64,000 bases of DNA from the NCBI RefSeq assembly GCF_009914755.1, contig NC_060929.1; one strand, written 5' to 3'. Shown here piece after piece: positions 37,291 to 57,529 of the stretch. The notes beneath the pieces were generated by a model. The model saw nothing but the letters and a program-made list of their open reading frames with translations. It ran no database searches and was not told the origin of the DNA. Every line of letters starts with the position of its first letter. Within the stretch, counting starts at the first letter, position 1. The position numbers were made by a program, and so were the translations under genes. Origin of the DNA: the human T2T-CHM13v2.0 reference genome, Homo sapiens.

Positions 37291-39044
37291 GATTTCATTT
37301 ACTTTTGGATTGCAAAAGGAACTGAAAAGACCCAATTCTTACTCTATGTCAACATGTAGGAATAAGTAAACAAAATATGGTTTGAATTTTGTCCTGAATG
37401 CATTAACTTGAATCTAACTAAAACCTGGTTACTATATTAGAAACAATTTTCTCTTTGATTTGCCCAGGAGATTTGTTTTCCAGTTATGTCTAAAATAATA
37501 CTCTTTCTTTTTATTCTTTTCAGTATATATTTTTATTGTTTTTCATTTAATAGTGATGCATAGTGTATCTTTTCTGATTTACTTTAAATGTGAAAGAAAA
37601 TTCTAAGATGTTAATATTATTATTACTGCCATTGATATATCCCTTATAGGAATTAATTAATAGAAATAGAATCAAAGTAAATTTAGTTATATAATGCTTA
37701 GCATGTATTATATTCTCAAAATTCTGTATTCAGTTTCAGACATGTTCAAGGCTGAATATATGATCTGACAATAATCTGCTTATATAGATAAAAACATCAT
37801 TTGAGTGGATTAATTTATTAATTCAACTGGTATTTACTAAATAAAATCCATGTATCTTTCACAATTTTTACTAATACTTTCTATCACTATCAGAATCTGA
37901 AATCTCAGATTTCATGCTTTAAAAAGAATTAATTTAACATGAATTATAAATTATAATTACTTATATGAATTGGATAACTAAATAAAATAACAAGATATTT
38001 AAGGGGAGAAAATCTTATATGTGGCAAGATAAGTGGTGCTCCATTCAGTGTATTAATTGCAACCAATAAATTGGTTAACTGTGTCTCAGTGGTACCATTC
38101 TTTCTTATTGTTTGAGAGTAATCACAGTAGCTACACACTGTGGTGGGATCCATTTTATACACAAGTCTCTTTACTTCACCATATCTGAGTAGAGACAGCC
38201 TAAGTCACCCTTTGGTCACAGAATAAAATATTTTAAATCAGTGCTTCTTGTTTTCCCCAAAATTAGCTGGTCAAGGAATATGATATCTGGGATACAAAAG
38301 GTGAGTGTGGTAACAGGCAAACTCATTGTAAAATATAGATTACATCTATCTTGCTAAATAAGCTCAGCTTAAAGCCTTTATCTTCACAAAATTCTGTGAC
38401 TGTTACTCACTTTTGTCTTGACATTATCCTCATAATAGTCACATAGAATAATCAAGTCCTGTTACCCTCTGAGCTTCAGTTTTAGTTTCCTTATCTTTTA
38501 TTTCCTCTTTAGTTCTAAGAATCTGTGATTCTAATACTATTTGCCTTACTCCTAGGTTCAATGTAGGTTCACACTATAAATTACTTGATACAAAACAAGA
38601 TACCTGTCTATTCACCTGTATTACTATTTGCACATTAAAGTAGGAAAATAGAACCTTTCGTTTCAAAGGTAGTCGCGCTTTAGACCATGTATAGAGAACA
38701 TCTTAAACTTTTGCATCATCACAAAGTCCTCACATTCTTAGAAAAGAACATTTATAACTACTAAGAATTGAATTGAAAGTGTATAAAAATTTGTCTCCTG
38801 TGGCTGGATTATGTAAAGAAGAAATGGAGTTCTTTGAAGTTTCACTGATAAGCGTGTGGGGAGTCTGAGATATCTTCTTGATTTGTGCTCATGATTATTC
38901 TGGTTCGTGCACTGTAATTAAATAACCTTTTAAATTATGCAGTTTAATGTAACAAAGTTTGTAAAAATTCTATGCTCTTAAAAATGGCTTTTATTTTAAA
39001 ACTTCCCAAATACGTTGTCTTGAAGTTGTTAATTTCTCAATCAA

Positions 39045-39070
39045 GACGCAGGGTGGCGCTGCAGGCTAAG
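39045..39070 (+). promoter_or_regulatory. PCDHB4 promoter CSE (CTCF site)
   Basis: GACGCAGGGTGGCGCTGCAGGCTAAG; core 263 bp before the ATG. Confidence 0.88.
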
Positions 39071-39121
39071 TTGTGAATAATGAGCCCTAAAAAGCTCGCG
39101 CGTATTCTTCTGTGTCGCTAG

Positions 39122-41704
<2,583 letters not shown>

Positions 41705-42452
41705 GTATTGTATTTAGTTCAGTGAACCGCCCGTTAGTTTTGTCAAACTTCCCACTGCAATGCCTTTATTTAAAAAAATTGTCTACTTATCTAAATATTC
41801 ATACCACAATTTCAAACCTACTCATGTCCCTGATAAAGCTAAATTTGTCCCTTTTTTATTGTTATTAATTGCACTTAACATTTTTAGTTATACTGGATAT
41901 TGAGTATGGATTTTCTCTATATTTGATCTATTGGTGATTAATCTTTTTGTAATCATAAATTACTCAATTAGGATAAAAATAAATTATGTTTTAATGAAAT
42001 TCTTAAATTAACATCTTTTTAATGGAACATTTAAGTGAATATATGAATATTGAATTTCTAAATATTTGTTGTGCCTGTCTTTACCATGTAACTTAATGTT
42101 TGCAAGGCCAGAGTGTTTGAAAGTTTTGTATTTAACTTTATAATTACCTTGTCCTTTCTGGTTGACTATACTAGGCTAAGCCCTCTTAATAGCCATGAGT
42201 GTAAAATTTAGTTTACTCATTTTTCACAAATTGTATATAAACATGCACTTCACTACATTGGTAATACACTAAAATTGTGGTCCTTTTCCTCTTGTGACCA
42301 CCACATGTCTAGTGATTATTTTGTTTATTTGGTTGCTACTTACCTAGCACATTGTAATGTTCCATGAATGCTAATATTAAATTTTGTAAAAATAACTTAT
42401 TTATAAATAATTTTTAAAGAGAAAAATCTCATATAATTTGTCATAACCTTTC

Positions 42453-42462
42453 AATAAATAAA
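42453..42462 (+). terminator. Candidate polyadenylation signal of PCDHB4
   Basis: Overlapping AATAAATAAA in the AT-rich 3' region; several alternatives exist nearby. Confidence 0.3.
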
Positions 42463-43345
42463 ACTGTTAAATCATGGCCTGATATCATCTTAAAAAAAAA
42501 TCTCAGAATCTGAAATAAGCCCTAAATTTCTCCCCAAAATCAAGACTCTTGAGAGCATCATAGGTCTCCTTGTGCTACCTTTTACTCCCTATAAATAGAA
42601 ATCCAAGTATACTTTAATATGTGTATATTTTTTGGTTTTCCTACAGCTTCTCCCCATCTTTCAAAAGAATCACGAAATTTCTTCTGCACCTTGGCTATTC
42701 TGTTTAAATCTGATAATCAGTTGATCTCAGGTTTTTCACTGTACATTACTTTGCAGATATGGACAGCCTTTACAAAAATAATTTTTAAATGCTTAATTAT
42801 TTTAATTTGTTCTTTAAGGTAACCTTCAGTTATTTTGAATTAATTTAACTTCTCAATTATGCCAAAGTTGCACTTGCATGAAATAAATATTATTTTGTCC
42901 TTGTATAGACTGGAACAGTAATAAATTTATCTGAATTAAAATTGTTTTATGCTGTGATCAGTAAGCCCAGTAAGCTAGGTAAAGTTGTATGGATATAACT
43001 ATAGTACACCTCTATTTTACTTTTGGCAGAATATGAGCAACTGAAGAACTTGCTTTATAATCTAACATTTATTTTTAAATCTCAAGTATCATCCTACTGG
43101 AGTTAAATTACTTGCACTTTTCCTTGAATTACTCTTGTTTTCTAAACGTGTAATGAAATAAAAAGGAAAATTGACTGTTATTCTTGAAACATATTTTTTA
43201 GCATTTATTCAATTTAAAAATCAAAGTGAAGAAGATATAAAGTGAGAACAGAATATAACATACAAATATGTAAGACATAAATATGGTAGTCAACTTTAAT
43301 GTCTTCTTCCATTTATTATTAGCTACTTAAATGAAATAGCTTTGA

Positions 43346-43655
43346 GGCCGGGTGTGGTGGCTCATGCCTATAATCCCAGCGCTTTGGGAGGCAGGCAGAT
43401 CACCTGAGGCCAGGAATTCAAGACCAGCCTGGGCAAAATGGCAAAATCCCGTCTCTAAAAAAAACACAAAAATTAGCTGGGTGTGGTGGTGCACACCTGT
43501 AATCCCAGCTACAGGAGTGGCTAAAGCAGGAGAATTGCTTGAACCCGGGAGGTGAAGGTTGTGGTGAGCCGCACCTCCAGCCACAGAGATCACACCACTG
43601 CACTCCAGCCTGGGTGACAGAGTGAGACTCTGTCTCAAAAAAATTTTAAAAAAAA
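43346..43655 (+). mobile_element. Alu (AluS) with short internal insertion
   Basis: TSD-like GAAATAGCTTT at 43333-43343 and 43656-43666; extra CGCACCTCCAGCCAC in the right arm. Confidence 0.9.
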
Positions 43656-44060
43656 GAAATAGCTTTTATTTATGATGACAAGTAAGAAATCTGGTTGAAG
43701 TTTTCACCAACTATATACTGACATGATGAAAGTCCAAAATCATTTTTTTTGTTGTTTATGCAGGGTAAGTCCAATTCGTATAATCACCCAAATGAGACCG
43801 TTCAAATAAACACCCCAAACCGACATCATCCTTGGAGGTATTCATAAAGCATGACTCATTCCTTACCAGCTAGGTGTAGTATAGATCAACATTTAAAAAT
43901 TCAATTATTAGAATTTAGTTGTAAACACGATCCAAATAACTTTCACAACATGCATACCTTATGAAAATAGGCCAGTTCTATTGTCACAGAACAAAATTAG
44001 AGAATGGAGGCCAAGAATCTTGATAATAACACCCATCCCAACAGGTATTTTCTCAAATTA

Positions 44061-44543
<483 letters not shown>

Positions 44544-46095
44544 TTACAAAATATATTTTAAATAGTCTAAGGTTAAAACTATGCATATATTTGGTGAAAT
44601 TCTGCTTCCAGAGTAGATGGATTATCTAGCCGCAGAAAGCAACTCTAAAAATTGGTTAAAATGTAAAATTATCTGTTTTGAAGTAACTGAAAACAGATAA
44701 TATAATAAGATCTGAATGGGCCAAGATTCCTGAGAAGGAAAATTCTTGGAGGTGAAAACTGACTCCTGACAGGAGTTTTACCCTGAGGAAATATGCTAAG
44801 TCTGAGAACAAACAAAAAGCTTTTGTCAGAGACAGAGTAACTTCAATAGCTGTTGGGGTTGACTGGAAGATTCAAGTTCATGGCCAAATTTTCCCCTCAG
44901 GACACTTGTCAAACTCAGGGAAGCCCAGAGAAAAAGACTAAAATCCTAACTGGAAAATTTCTGAAAAGGAAAGTGAAGTTTTAATAGTCTTGCTATTGAA
45001 ACATTAGAGTTTAGGATCTGCCATGGGAAGGGGCTGTGGAGAATATACCAAGTTCTCAGCTGAAAATTCTGGAGAGCCAGGTGCTTATCAGGACTGCAAA
45101 GAACCTTGACAAAGCCCAGTGCCTGTTTCAGTTGAGATGATTTGTTTAGACAGAACTCTATCAAGTTAACAGTGGAAAAGGTGAACTCTTGTTGGAGGAA
45201 GATAATATCTTAACCTTGGATAGCTTTTTATGTAAATATTCAACATTCAATAAAAAATTCCTAAGTACACACACCAAAAACTGGATACATGAATAAAACC
45301 GAGAGAAAAAAAAGACAATAAAAATTACCCATAAATGATTCAGATATTAAAATTAACTGAATGATATTAAAATAAGTAAGACTAATATGTTAAAAATAAA
45401 GAACAATAGAGAAAATAAGGAGATAATTTCACTGGAGAATTGAACTTTAAAAGTGAAAGTTAATTCTAGAACTGAAAAATTATATTATCTGAAATTAAAA
45501 CTATTTAAATGGTTTAATGTCATAGTCATAAAATGATACAGGATTAGTGGATGCAAGACAATTCAATATTAACATCCAAATATAAGCACAGAGAATAAAA
45601 TAATAAAATATACAGAAAAGAACATTAGTGATGTGTGGAATGTAATTTTTAAAAACTCTAACATACTGAAAGAGAGAACAAGCATGAGGCAATATTTGAA
45701 GAGATAATGATAAAGAATTTTCCAAAACTGGTGAAAATCCTTAATCCTTCAAGATATTCAAGAAATAAATAATAACAGGCTAAATAAAAACAAAGCCTAA
45801 TTAGGCATATCATAGGAAAGCATCTCAAGACCAAAGTCAAAGAGATAATTTAAGAACCAACCATGTAAGAAATAAAACATTCCTGTTAAAGGAGCATCAG
45901 TAAAATGGAGAGCTGACTTTTCAACATAAATCAGGAAATCAAAAGACAAAGGAATGACATCTTTAAAGTCCTGAAAGAAAATTACTACCAGGTTAGAATT
46001 CTATTGCCAGCAAACATATCCTTCAAAAATGAATGCAGTTTTCAGACAAAAATGAAGGGAATTAACGACAGTCACATCTGCACTAAAAGAAATAC

Positions 46096-46394
46096 TTTTT
46101 TTTTTTTTTTCGAGACAGAGTCTCACTCTGTTGTCTAGGCTGGAGTGCAGTGGCACAATCTCGGCTCACTGCAATCTCCACCTCCTGGGTCCAAGCTATT
46201 CTCCCCATCTCAGCCTCCTGAGTAGAGGGGATTACAGACATGTGCCGCCACGCCTGGCTAATTTTTGTATTTTTAGTAGAGACAGGGTTTCACCATGTTA
46301 GCCAGGCTGGTCTCGAACTCCTGACCTCAAGGGATCCACCCGCCTTGGCCTCTGAAGGTGTTGGGATTACAGGCATGAGCTACTGCATCTGGCC
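46096..46394 (-). mobile_element. Alu (AluS)
   Basis: Reverse dimer; TSD AAGAAAT(A/G)CTTTT. Confidence 0.92.
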
Positions 46395-47447
46395 AAGAAA
46401 TGCTTTTAATGAAATGCATTAGGCAGAAGGAAAACAATCCAAAAGAAATCACAGAATTGCAGGAATAAATGAAGAGCAATAAGAAAGGTCAATGTACATG
46501 AATGTTGATTGAATATTGATTATACAAGGCAATAATATTAATACTAGTTTCTTAAAGGATTTAAATTATATGTAAAATTTAAATTTATAACAACAATAAT
46601 GTAAAAGGCAAAGGTATAAATAGAGTTAAAAAGTGTTAAGGCTGTAAGCATTATCATGGAAGTAGTAAAATTACTAACGTGTGTTAGATTCTTGTATATT
46701 GAAGATGCATGCTGTAATTTATTGGATAATCCTCAAAGTAATAAAACACTAATTGAAGGAAGAAAAATTAAAAATATCTGAATAATCAAAAAGAAAAATT
46801 AAACTTTAGTGACAAATAGAAAAGTAATTAGATGGTAAGCATAAATGGAAATATATCAGATATTGTATTAATTTTATTTGGATTAAATAATCCAATTAAA
46901 CAACAAAAATTGTCAGACTAGATTAAAGAAAAACTCAACTCTATGCTATCAAATTGTGTGTGTGTGAACACAGAAAGAGTGAAGGTTTAAAAGAATTGGA
47001 TAAGGTATATAGTAATATAAACACTAGCCAAAATAAATCTAGGTAGCTGTATTTACATAAGACAAAAGAGACTTTAAGGAAAGATACATTACTAGAGATA
47101 AAGAGAAGTTTTTTTATAATCATAAAGAAGTAAATATACCAGAAATATGTTAGTTTTAAGACTGAATACATCCCAATTAGATAACTACAAAATATATAAA
47201 GTTGATAGAATACAAATACAAAGTAGACAAACCCAATTACACAGGGAGATTGAATACAACTCTCTCAATTCCTGTTAGAATAAGAAGAAAAAACACACAC
47301 ATACAAAAAATGTTGAAGATCCGAACCACACGAACATCATATTCAAATAAATTGACATGCATAGCACACTGGAGCATACACATTCTTCTTATATGCATGT
47401 GGGATATATAAAAATTGTTCATGTTCTTTGTCATGAATGAAGTCTCA

Positions 47448-47876
<429 letters not shown>

Positions 47877-49575
47877 TCACAACAGAAATTTCCAAATATT
47901 TTGAACGGGGAAAAATTAACACCTGGCGTATCAAAACAGTACTTAGAGGGAAATTTAAAATCTTAAATGCACATGTTAGAAAAGAAAGGCTAAAAATCAA
48001 TAATCTAAGCTTTCATCTCAAGAAGCTAGAAAAAGAACAGCAAATCAAATGCAAATAAAGATGGAAGACAATTTTATACACACACACATAGGCAGAAACA
48101 AAATAAATGACAAATATACAACAGAGGAAATCAGTGAAGCAAAAAGTTGGTTTCTACAATGATTAAAATTTAAAACTCTTAGACTAATCAAGAAAAAAAG
48201 AGGGAAAACACCAACTGCCAATATCAGGATAAAAAAAACACAACTACCAACCTACAGACATTTAAAAAATAAAAAAGAAATATTATGAACAATTTTATGC
48301 CAATAAACTTGACAATTTATGTAAAACAGAAACCATCCTTTAAAAACACAATTTTCCGAAACTGAAACAGGACGAAATTAAGATCTGATTAGTCATATCT
48401 ATTATATTAATTAAAGTTGTTCATTAAAAACCTTCCCACTCTAATTCACAGCAGTGAATTCTCCCAAATACTTATGTCAAAATTATCACTAATTTGTACA
48501 AACTCCTTCAGAGAGTAGAAAAATAGACATTTTCCAAATCATTTGGGTGCCAGCATAAATCTGAATAGGTTATAACATTCAAACCTGAATAGGATATTAT
48601 AAGAAAAGAAAATTACTATTCTTTTTTATAAATATGTATGGAAAATTCATTTTTAAAAATATTAGCAAATAAAATTTTAAAATGTATAAAAGAAAAATAA
48701 TAATTGGAAAATGGAGTTTATTTTAGGAATACAGAGGCAGTTTAATATTTGAAAATTGATCATTGTAATTTACCATATTAAAAGATAAAGAACAAAACAT
48801 GATTATTTCAATGGATACAGAAAAAAGTCATGTGATAAAATTCAACACACAGTAGTGGTAAAATTATTAGCAAACTAAAATCAAAGGGAACTTTCAGAGT
48901 GACTTTAAAAACCTACAGGAAACATCATTAACAATAAATTTTCAAAAATTTTCCCCTGGAGATCAAGAATGAAACAAGGATACCTGTCTTTTCTTCTCCA
49001 ATTTAGTATTCTATCACAGGTCCTAAACAGCGGAATAAAGCAAAGAAGGAATAAAAGGCACTATGATTCGAAGGGAAGAAATAAAAATGTCTTTTTAAGT
49101 GGACATACTTGTATACCTTGCAAGCCATGAAGAATCTACAGGCTACTGGAATTAATAAATGAAGTTAACAATGCCACTGGATACAAGGTCAACATACAAA
49201 CATGAGTTCTATTTCTATTTAGCAACAAAAAAAGTGAAAAATTTAAACATTATGCACAATAATTTCAAAAATAGCAGCTATTTATAAACAAATCTAGTTG
49301 AATATGTATAAGACTTCTACATTGAAAACTAAAATATGAGAAAAATTAAAGAAGATCTAAATAATTACAGGAATATACAATGTTCACTAATTGGAAGACT
49401 CAATGTTGGGAATATGTCAGTTATCTCTTAGTCAATCTATAGATTCAATAAAATCTTAAACAAAATTCCAGCAGCTTTCTTTGTGAAAATTAATGAGCCG
49501 AGCATTAAGTTTATTTGAAAATACAAAAACAGTAATAACCAAAGGAACCCTGATGAAAAGGAACCAAACTAGAGA

Positions 49576-50797
49576 TACCACACCAAAGTCACAATCCGCA
49601 GAATAAAGAGTTAATAAGCTGGACTTCATTAAAATTAAAACTTTCTGCTCTGCAAAAGATACTATGAAGAGAATGAAAAGACAAGACATAAACTAGGAGA
49701 AAATATTTGCAAAAGGCATATCTGATAAAGGACTGTTATTCAAAATATACAAAGAACGACTAAAACTCAGCAACAAGAACCCAATTTAAAAATAAGGCAA
49801 AGACCTTAAGAGACACCCACCAAAGAAGGTATACAGGTGGCAAATAAACATATGAAAAGATGCTCCATATCATATGTTAACAGGGAAATGCAAATTAAAA
49901 TAACAGTGAAATATGACTACACACCTATTAGAATGACCAAACTTCAGGACACTGACAGTGCCAAATGCTGGTAATGAGAGCAAAAGGAGCTCTCATTCAT
50001 TGCTGGTGGGAATGCAAAATGGTACAGACACTTTGGAAGACAGTTTGGCAGTTTGATACAAAACAAAATATACTCTTACCATGTTATCTAGCACTCATGT
50101 TCCTTAGTATTTGCCCAAAGGAGTTGAAAATTTATGTTCACACAAAAACTTGCACAGAGACGTTTATAGCAGTTCATTCATAATTGCCAAAACGTGGAAG
50201 CAACCAAGATGTCGTTTAGTAGGTGAATAGATAAACAAACTGCAGTTCATTCAACCCATAGAATACTATTCAGCATCAAAAAGAAATGACCTAACAACCC
50301 ATGAAAAGACATTGAGGAAATCTAAATGGATATTACTAAGTGAAAGAAGCCAATCTGAAAAGACTACATACTGTGTGATTTCAACTACATGGTGCTCTAG
50401 AAAAAGCAAAACTGTGGAGACAGTAAAAAAATCCACTTGCATTGGGTTCTAGGGGAGGGAGGGAGGTATAAATAAGTGGAGCACAGGGGATTTTTAGAGC
50501 AGTGAAACTACTTTGTATGATATTATAAAGGTGAATACACATAATTTTAAATTTGTCCAAAGCCATAGAATATACAGCACCAAGAATGGGCCCTAATGTA
50601 AACTATGGACTCCAGGTTATAATGACGTGCCAATGTAGATTCATCAGCTGTAGCAAATGAACCACTCTGGTGGAGGATGTTGATAATGGGTGAGGCTGTG
50701 CTTGTGTGGGGACAGGGGCATATATGAAATCTCTGTACTTTACTCTCATTTTTGCTGTGAACCAAAAACCATTCTAAAAATTTAGTCTACTTTTAAA
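49576..50797 (+). mobile_element. L1MC-like 3' fragment nested in the older L1
   Basis: 3' end ...GAAATCTCTGTACTTT..TTTTGCTGTGAACCAAAAACCATTCTAAAAA; flanked by AAACT(A/G)GAGA at 49566-49575 and 50798-50807. Confidence 0.7.
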
Positions 50798-52500
50798 AAA
50801 CTGGAGAACTTACTTCTCAGATAACAAAACTCATGATAAAGCTATAATAATTAACACAATGAGTTATTGTAGGATAAACAAGATTGAATAAAACATCTTC
50901 AGAGCTATGGTTACCTAATTTATAACAAAGATGACATTTCAAAAACAATGGAAAATGGATTGTCTTTTAAATAGATGGTGCAAAGGTTTAAAGCATTCAG
51001 ATACTTACATTTTAAACCTTTTGACTCCAAACTCATTCACTTGAAAAGTTAATTTCAGGTTGATTATAGCTTTAAATATGAAAAATGGAATAATTAATCT
51101 TTCAAAATACATCATACAAGAATATTTTCATGACCTTGGAGTATGTGAACATTTAAATAGAACACAAAAAAATGCTAATCATACATGAAACTTATTGACA
51201 AATCTGACTAAAGGTAAGAAATTTTATTCATCAAAGACACATAATAGACTTGAAATAAAAACCATAGAGTGGGAAAAGATATTTGCAATACATATATCTT
51301 AAAAAGGACTTATGCCCAGAATATATGAGAAACTTCTGCAGATCAATAAGCAAACAGGCAAATGCCTCCCCCCAAAAAAGTAAAAAGGTTTGCATAAGCC
51401 CTTCACAAGATTGTATCCTAATGGCTGATAAACATGAAAATGTGCTCAAATTGTTTAATCATCAGGGAAAATGCTAACTAAAATTACAATATCATATCAC
51501 CATACACTAACCAGAGTGGTTTAAAATGGAAAAGATAGCATCAAATGTTGACAAGAATGTGGAGCAACTGGAACTCTCATACTTTGCTGGTATTAGTACG
51601 ACTACTTGAGAAAACTTTCTCATTATCTGCTAAAGCAAAATATATGTGCACATCTTAATGCATAGCAATCCAACTCCTTTGAATATATTCAACATAAACA
51701 CATATATGTGGTCACCAAAAGACTAGTACAAGGATGTTTATACCAGTACTACCCCAAAGAGCTTAAACCTGGAAAACAATGTTCATCAACTGGAGAATGA
51801 ATAAATAAATCATAGTATATTCATACAACAGAATGATATAAAGCAATGAGAATAAAACAAATAAGAACAAGATGCCACAGATCAATTTGCTGAACATAAT
51901 ATTGAGGAGAAGAAGCCAGACACACGAGAGTAACAATCTATAACTCCATTTGTATAAAGTTAAAAAAAAAAAAAGCAAAAAAAACCTATGACAACAGAAG
52001 TCAGGACAGTGCTTATCTTTTGGGGAGAGGGTGGTAACCAGACAATAGCAGGTGGGGACTTGGGTTTGGGTAGTATTTTTAATCTAGGTTCTACTTACAG
52101 GAGTGTGTTCACTTTGCGAAAATTCATTGAGTTATACACCTATGATTTGTGCCATTTTCTGGGTGTTATTGGTGTTTACTTCAAAGTGAAAGTAATTTTT
52201 CTTAAACTTTAAATTTCTATAGATATTCCTGATCACTTATTTAATATAATCAAATAAGAAACACCAAACAAAGTGTATTTGTGTACTCAAGGGTACTTTT
52301 ATGGAGATTAATATATAATTTTAGTTTTTTTCTCAAAAGTATTTTCTCACTGAAAATTAACTCCACAACATTTATTTAGAACTTTCAGCAACTAAGAGCT
52401 GGAGATACCATCGGGAGAGCTTATGTGACAAAAGGGTATGGATACACGTCAGTTAGAATTTAGGATGAAATGGCAAATACTATATGCAATAGTAAATTAG

Positions 52501-52526
52501 GACGCCTGGTGGCGCTGCAGGCTAAG
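52501..52526 (+). promoter_or_regulatory. PCDHB5 promoter CSE (CTCF site)
   Basis: GACGCCTGGTGGCGCTGCAGGCTAAG; core 243 bp before the ATG. Confidence 0.88.
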
Positions 52527-52749
52527 AGTGTGGATAGTGGGCTCTGCGGATAACTCAGACGCCATTAAGCTGGGGAATCCAAACTCTAAAAGAAGGACGC
52601 ATTTTAGGTAAGATCTAGTGGCTAGATCTTCAGGGTGGGCTTCGTTCTTGTGGAAATCAGTCAAGAAAGATCGGATTCGCGGTTATTTATGCAAATCATC
52701 TGGGTGGATTGTGTACGGAGTTAAACTGCGCCTTCTGGACCGGGTCTGA

Positions 52750-55140
<2,391 letters not shown>

Positions 55141-55417
55141 AGATCTCGTGATGACGCGTTGTTTTCTGCCATTTATCCCAAACTTTTTCAGATCTAGAAT
55201 TCGAGAGTGTCATGGACAAAAATTTCACCTTGAGATTGAGCTTTTATTTCCCTTTTTAATGGATTTGTCTGTTGAACTTCATGCTGTCCAAGTGTTGAAA
55301 AGTCAATTTTATTTCATTGCATTTATTTACATAGTGTCATTCCAAATCCATGCATGCTGTTGATTTTCCTGAGATTTTTTTCTCTTCTTGTTGGTATTTG
55401 TTGTGATAAACCACCTT

Positions 55418-55423
55418 AATAAA
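55418..55423 (+). terminator. Candidate polyadenylation signal of PCDHB5
   Basis: AATAAA about 280 bp after the stop, followed by a T-rich tract. Confidence 0.35.
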
Positions 55424-55669
55424 ATCAAGTATTAATTTTATTTTCTATATATTCTGCCCATTCTATTTCATCACACTCTTAAGTATTATATATTTGATGC
55501 TAAAATGCAAAAATTAAAAATGTTTCACATCATCATATTTTAATTGTTTAAAACAAAGACAAATACATACATATGCTAACAAATGAAATATGTGAAAAAA
55601 TATGTAAAAGGAAACAATCTTCTATTTACTCTTTTTTGCAGCCCTGAGTCCTATTAGCAAACTTTTTAA

Positions 55670-56380
55670 AAACAGTTTAATTGAATTATTACTTACATGA
55701 AGAAAAATGAACAAATCCTTTATGTTCAACTCAATATATATTCACAAAGTAACATATTTATTACCAGCAGCTTGAAGAGAAAATGAAACATCACTGGCAC
55801 CCCAGGTGCCACACAAATTACTCCTTACAATCACTACTACCCCAAGTATAGCAAATATGCTGACTTCCAATACCATAGTTTAATTTTGCCTCTTCTGAAT
55901 TTATATAAATGGAGTAATAAAGTATGAACTGCTTGTGTCTGGCTTTTTTCACTCAGCATTATGTTTATGAAATTTATCCATAATACAGCTTTTAAGTTTA
56001 GTCCTTTCATTCTCATTGCTGTATAATATTCCACTGTATGAATATACCACAGTTTATTATCTATCCTTTAGATCAGTATTTGGGATGGGGCAAAGTTTGG
56101 CTGTTATGAATTATACTGCTATAAACATTCTTTTAACATGCCTTTTGCCAACCTGTATATGCAGTTTTGTTGGGTATATGCCTAGGAGTGGAATTGTTGC
56201 CCATCTTGCAAGTACACGTTGACTTTTAGCAGACATTTCCCAATAGTCTTCCAGTGGTTGTACTAATTTACATTGCTATTCCCAGTGTCTGGATGTACAA
56301 ATTTTTCCACATTTCTGCCAACAAACTGGTATTGTCTGTTTTTCATTTTATCCCATTGGCAAGCACTTTATACAGTTTTT
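55670..56380 (-). mobile_element. Old L1ME-like 3' fragment
   Basis: TGTGTCTGGCTTTTTTCACTCAGCAT..ATATTCCACTGTATGAATATACCACAG..CCTAGGAGTGGAATTG. Confidence 0.7.
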
Positions 56381-56429
56381 AAAGCTCTTATATTTACTTG
56401 CTTATCACTAAGGAATATGTTTGTAACCA

Positions 56430-56850
56430 TTATGAGCTGAACTGTGTTCCTATATCCCCCTCAAATTCATATGTTGAAACCCTAACTCCCACTACCTCAG
56501 AATGTGACTATGTTTAAAGATAGGCCCCTAAAAACAGGTAATCACATTAAAATGGGTCCTTAGGGCAGAACTTAATCCAATATAACTGCTGTACTTATAA
56601 GATGAGGAGATTAGAACATAGAGAAAGAGATGTCAGACATGTAAACACACAGAGGGATGATTATGTGAAGACACTAGAAGAAGATAGCCATCTACAAGCC
56701 AAAGAGAGAGGCCTCCAAATGAAACCAACCCTGCCAACACTTTGATCTTGGACTTCTAGATTTCAGAACTGGGAGGAAAGAAATGTCTGTTGTTTAAGCC
56801 ACCCAGTCTGTGGTATTTGTTACAGCAGCCATCACAAACTAATGTAGTAA
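56430..56850 (+). mobile_element. MaLR LTR (MLT1-like)
   Basis: AATTCATATGTTGAAACCCTAACTCCC...AAGCCACCCAGTCTGTGGTATTTGTTACAGCAGCC. Confidence 0.8.
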
Positions 56851-57146
56851 CTTTCACAAACTTTAGACAATTAATTTCCTATCATGATTGCTGAGTAACT
56901 AGCACACTTAAAACAACTTCAATCTTTTGTTTTTCAGAGGTATCTATATTACTATTTTTGGGTACTTCTCTGGTCAATCTGAAACCTTTCTTTATTGTTC
57001 CAGTAACAACAGTTTCATTAGATTTTTGTATGAAGAAAAGAATAGCATTCTTATTCTTCTTTTTATATCTGTTTCTCTCTTAACACTTTCCAACCTCTCT
57101 CAGTTGAACTTCTACTCTTACATTTTATTTTTACAACCATAGCTAA

Positions 57147-57529
<383 letters not shown>

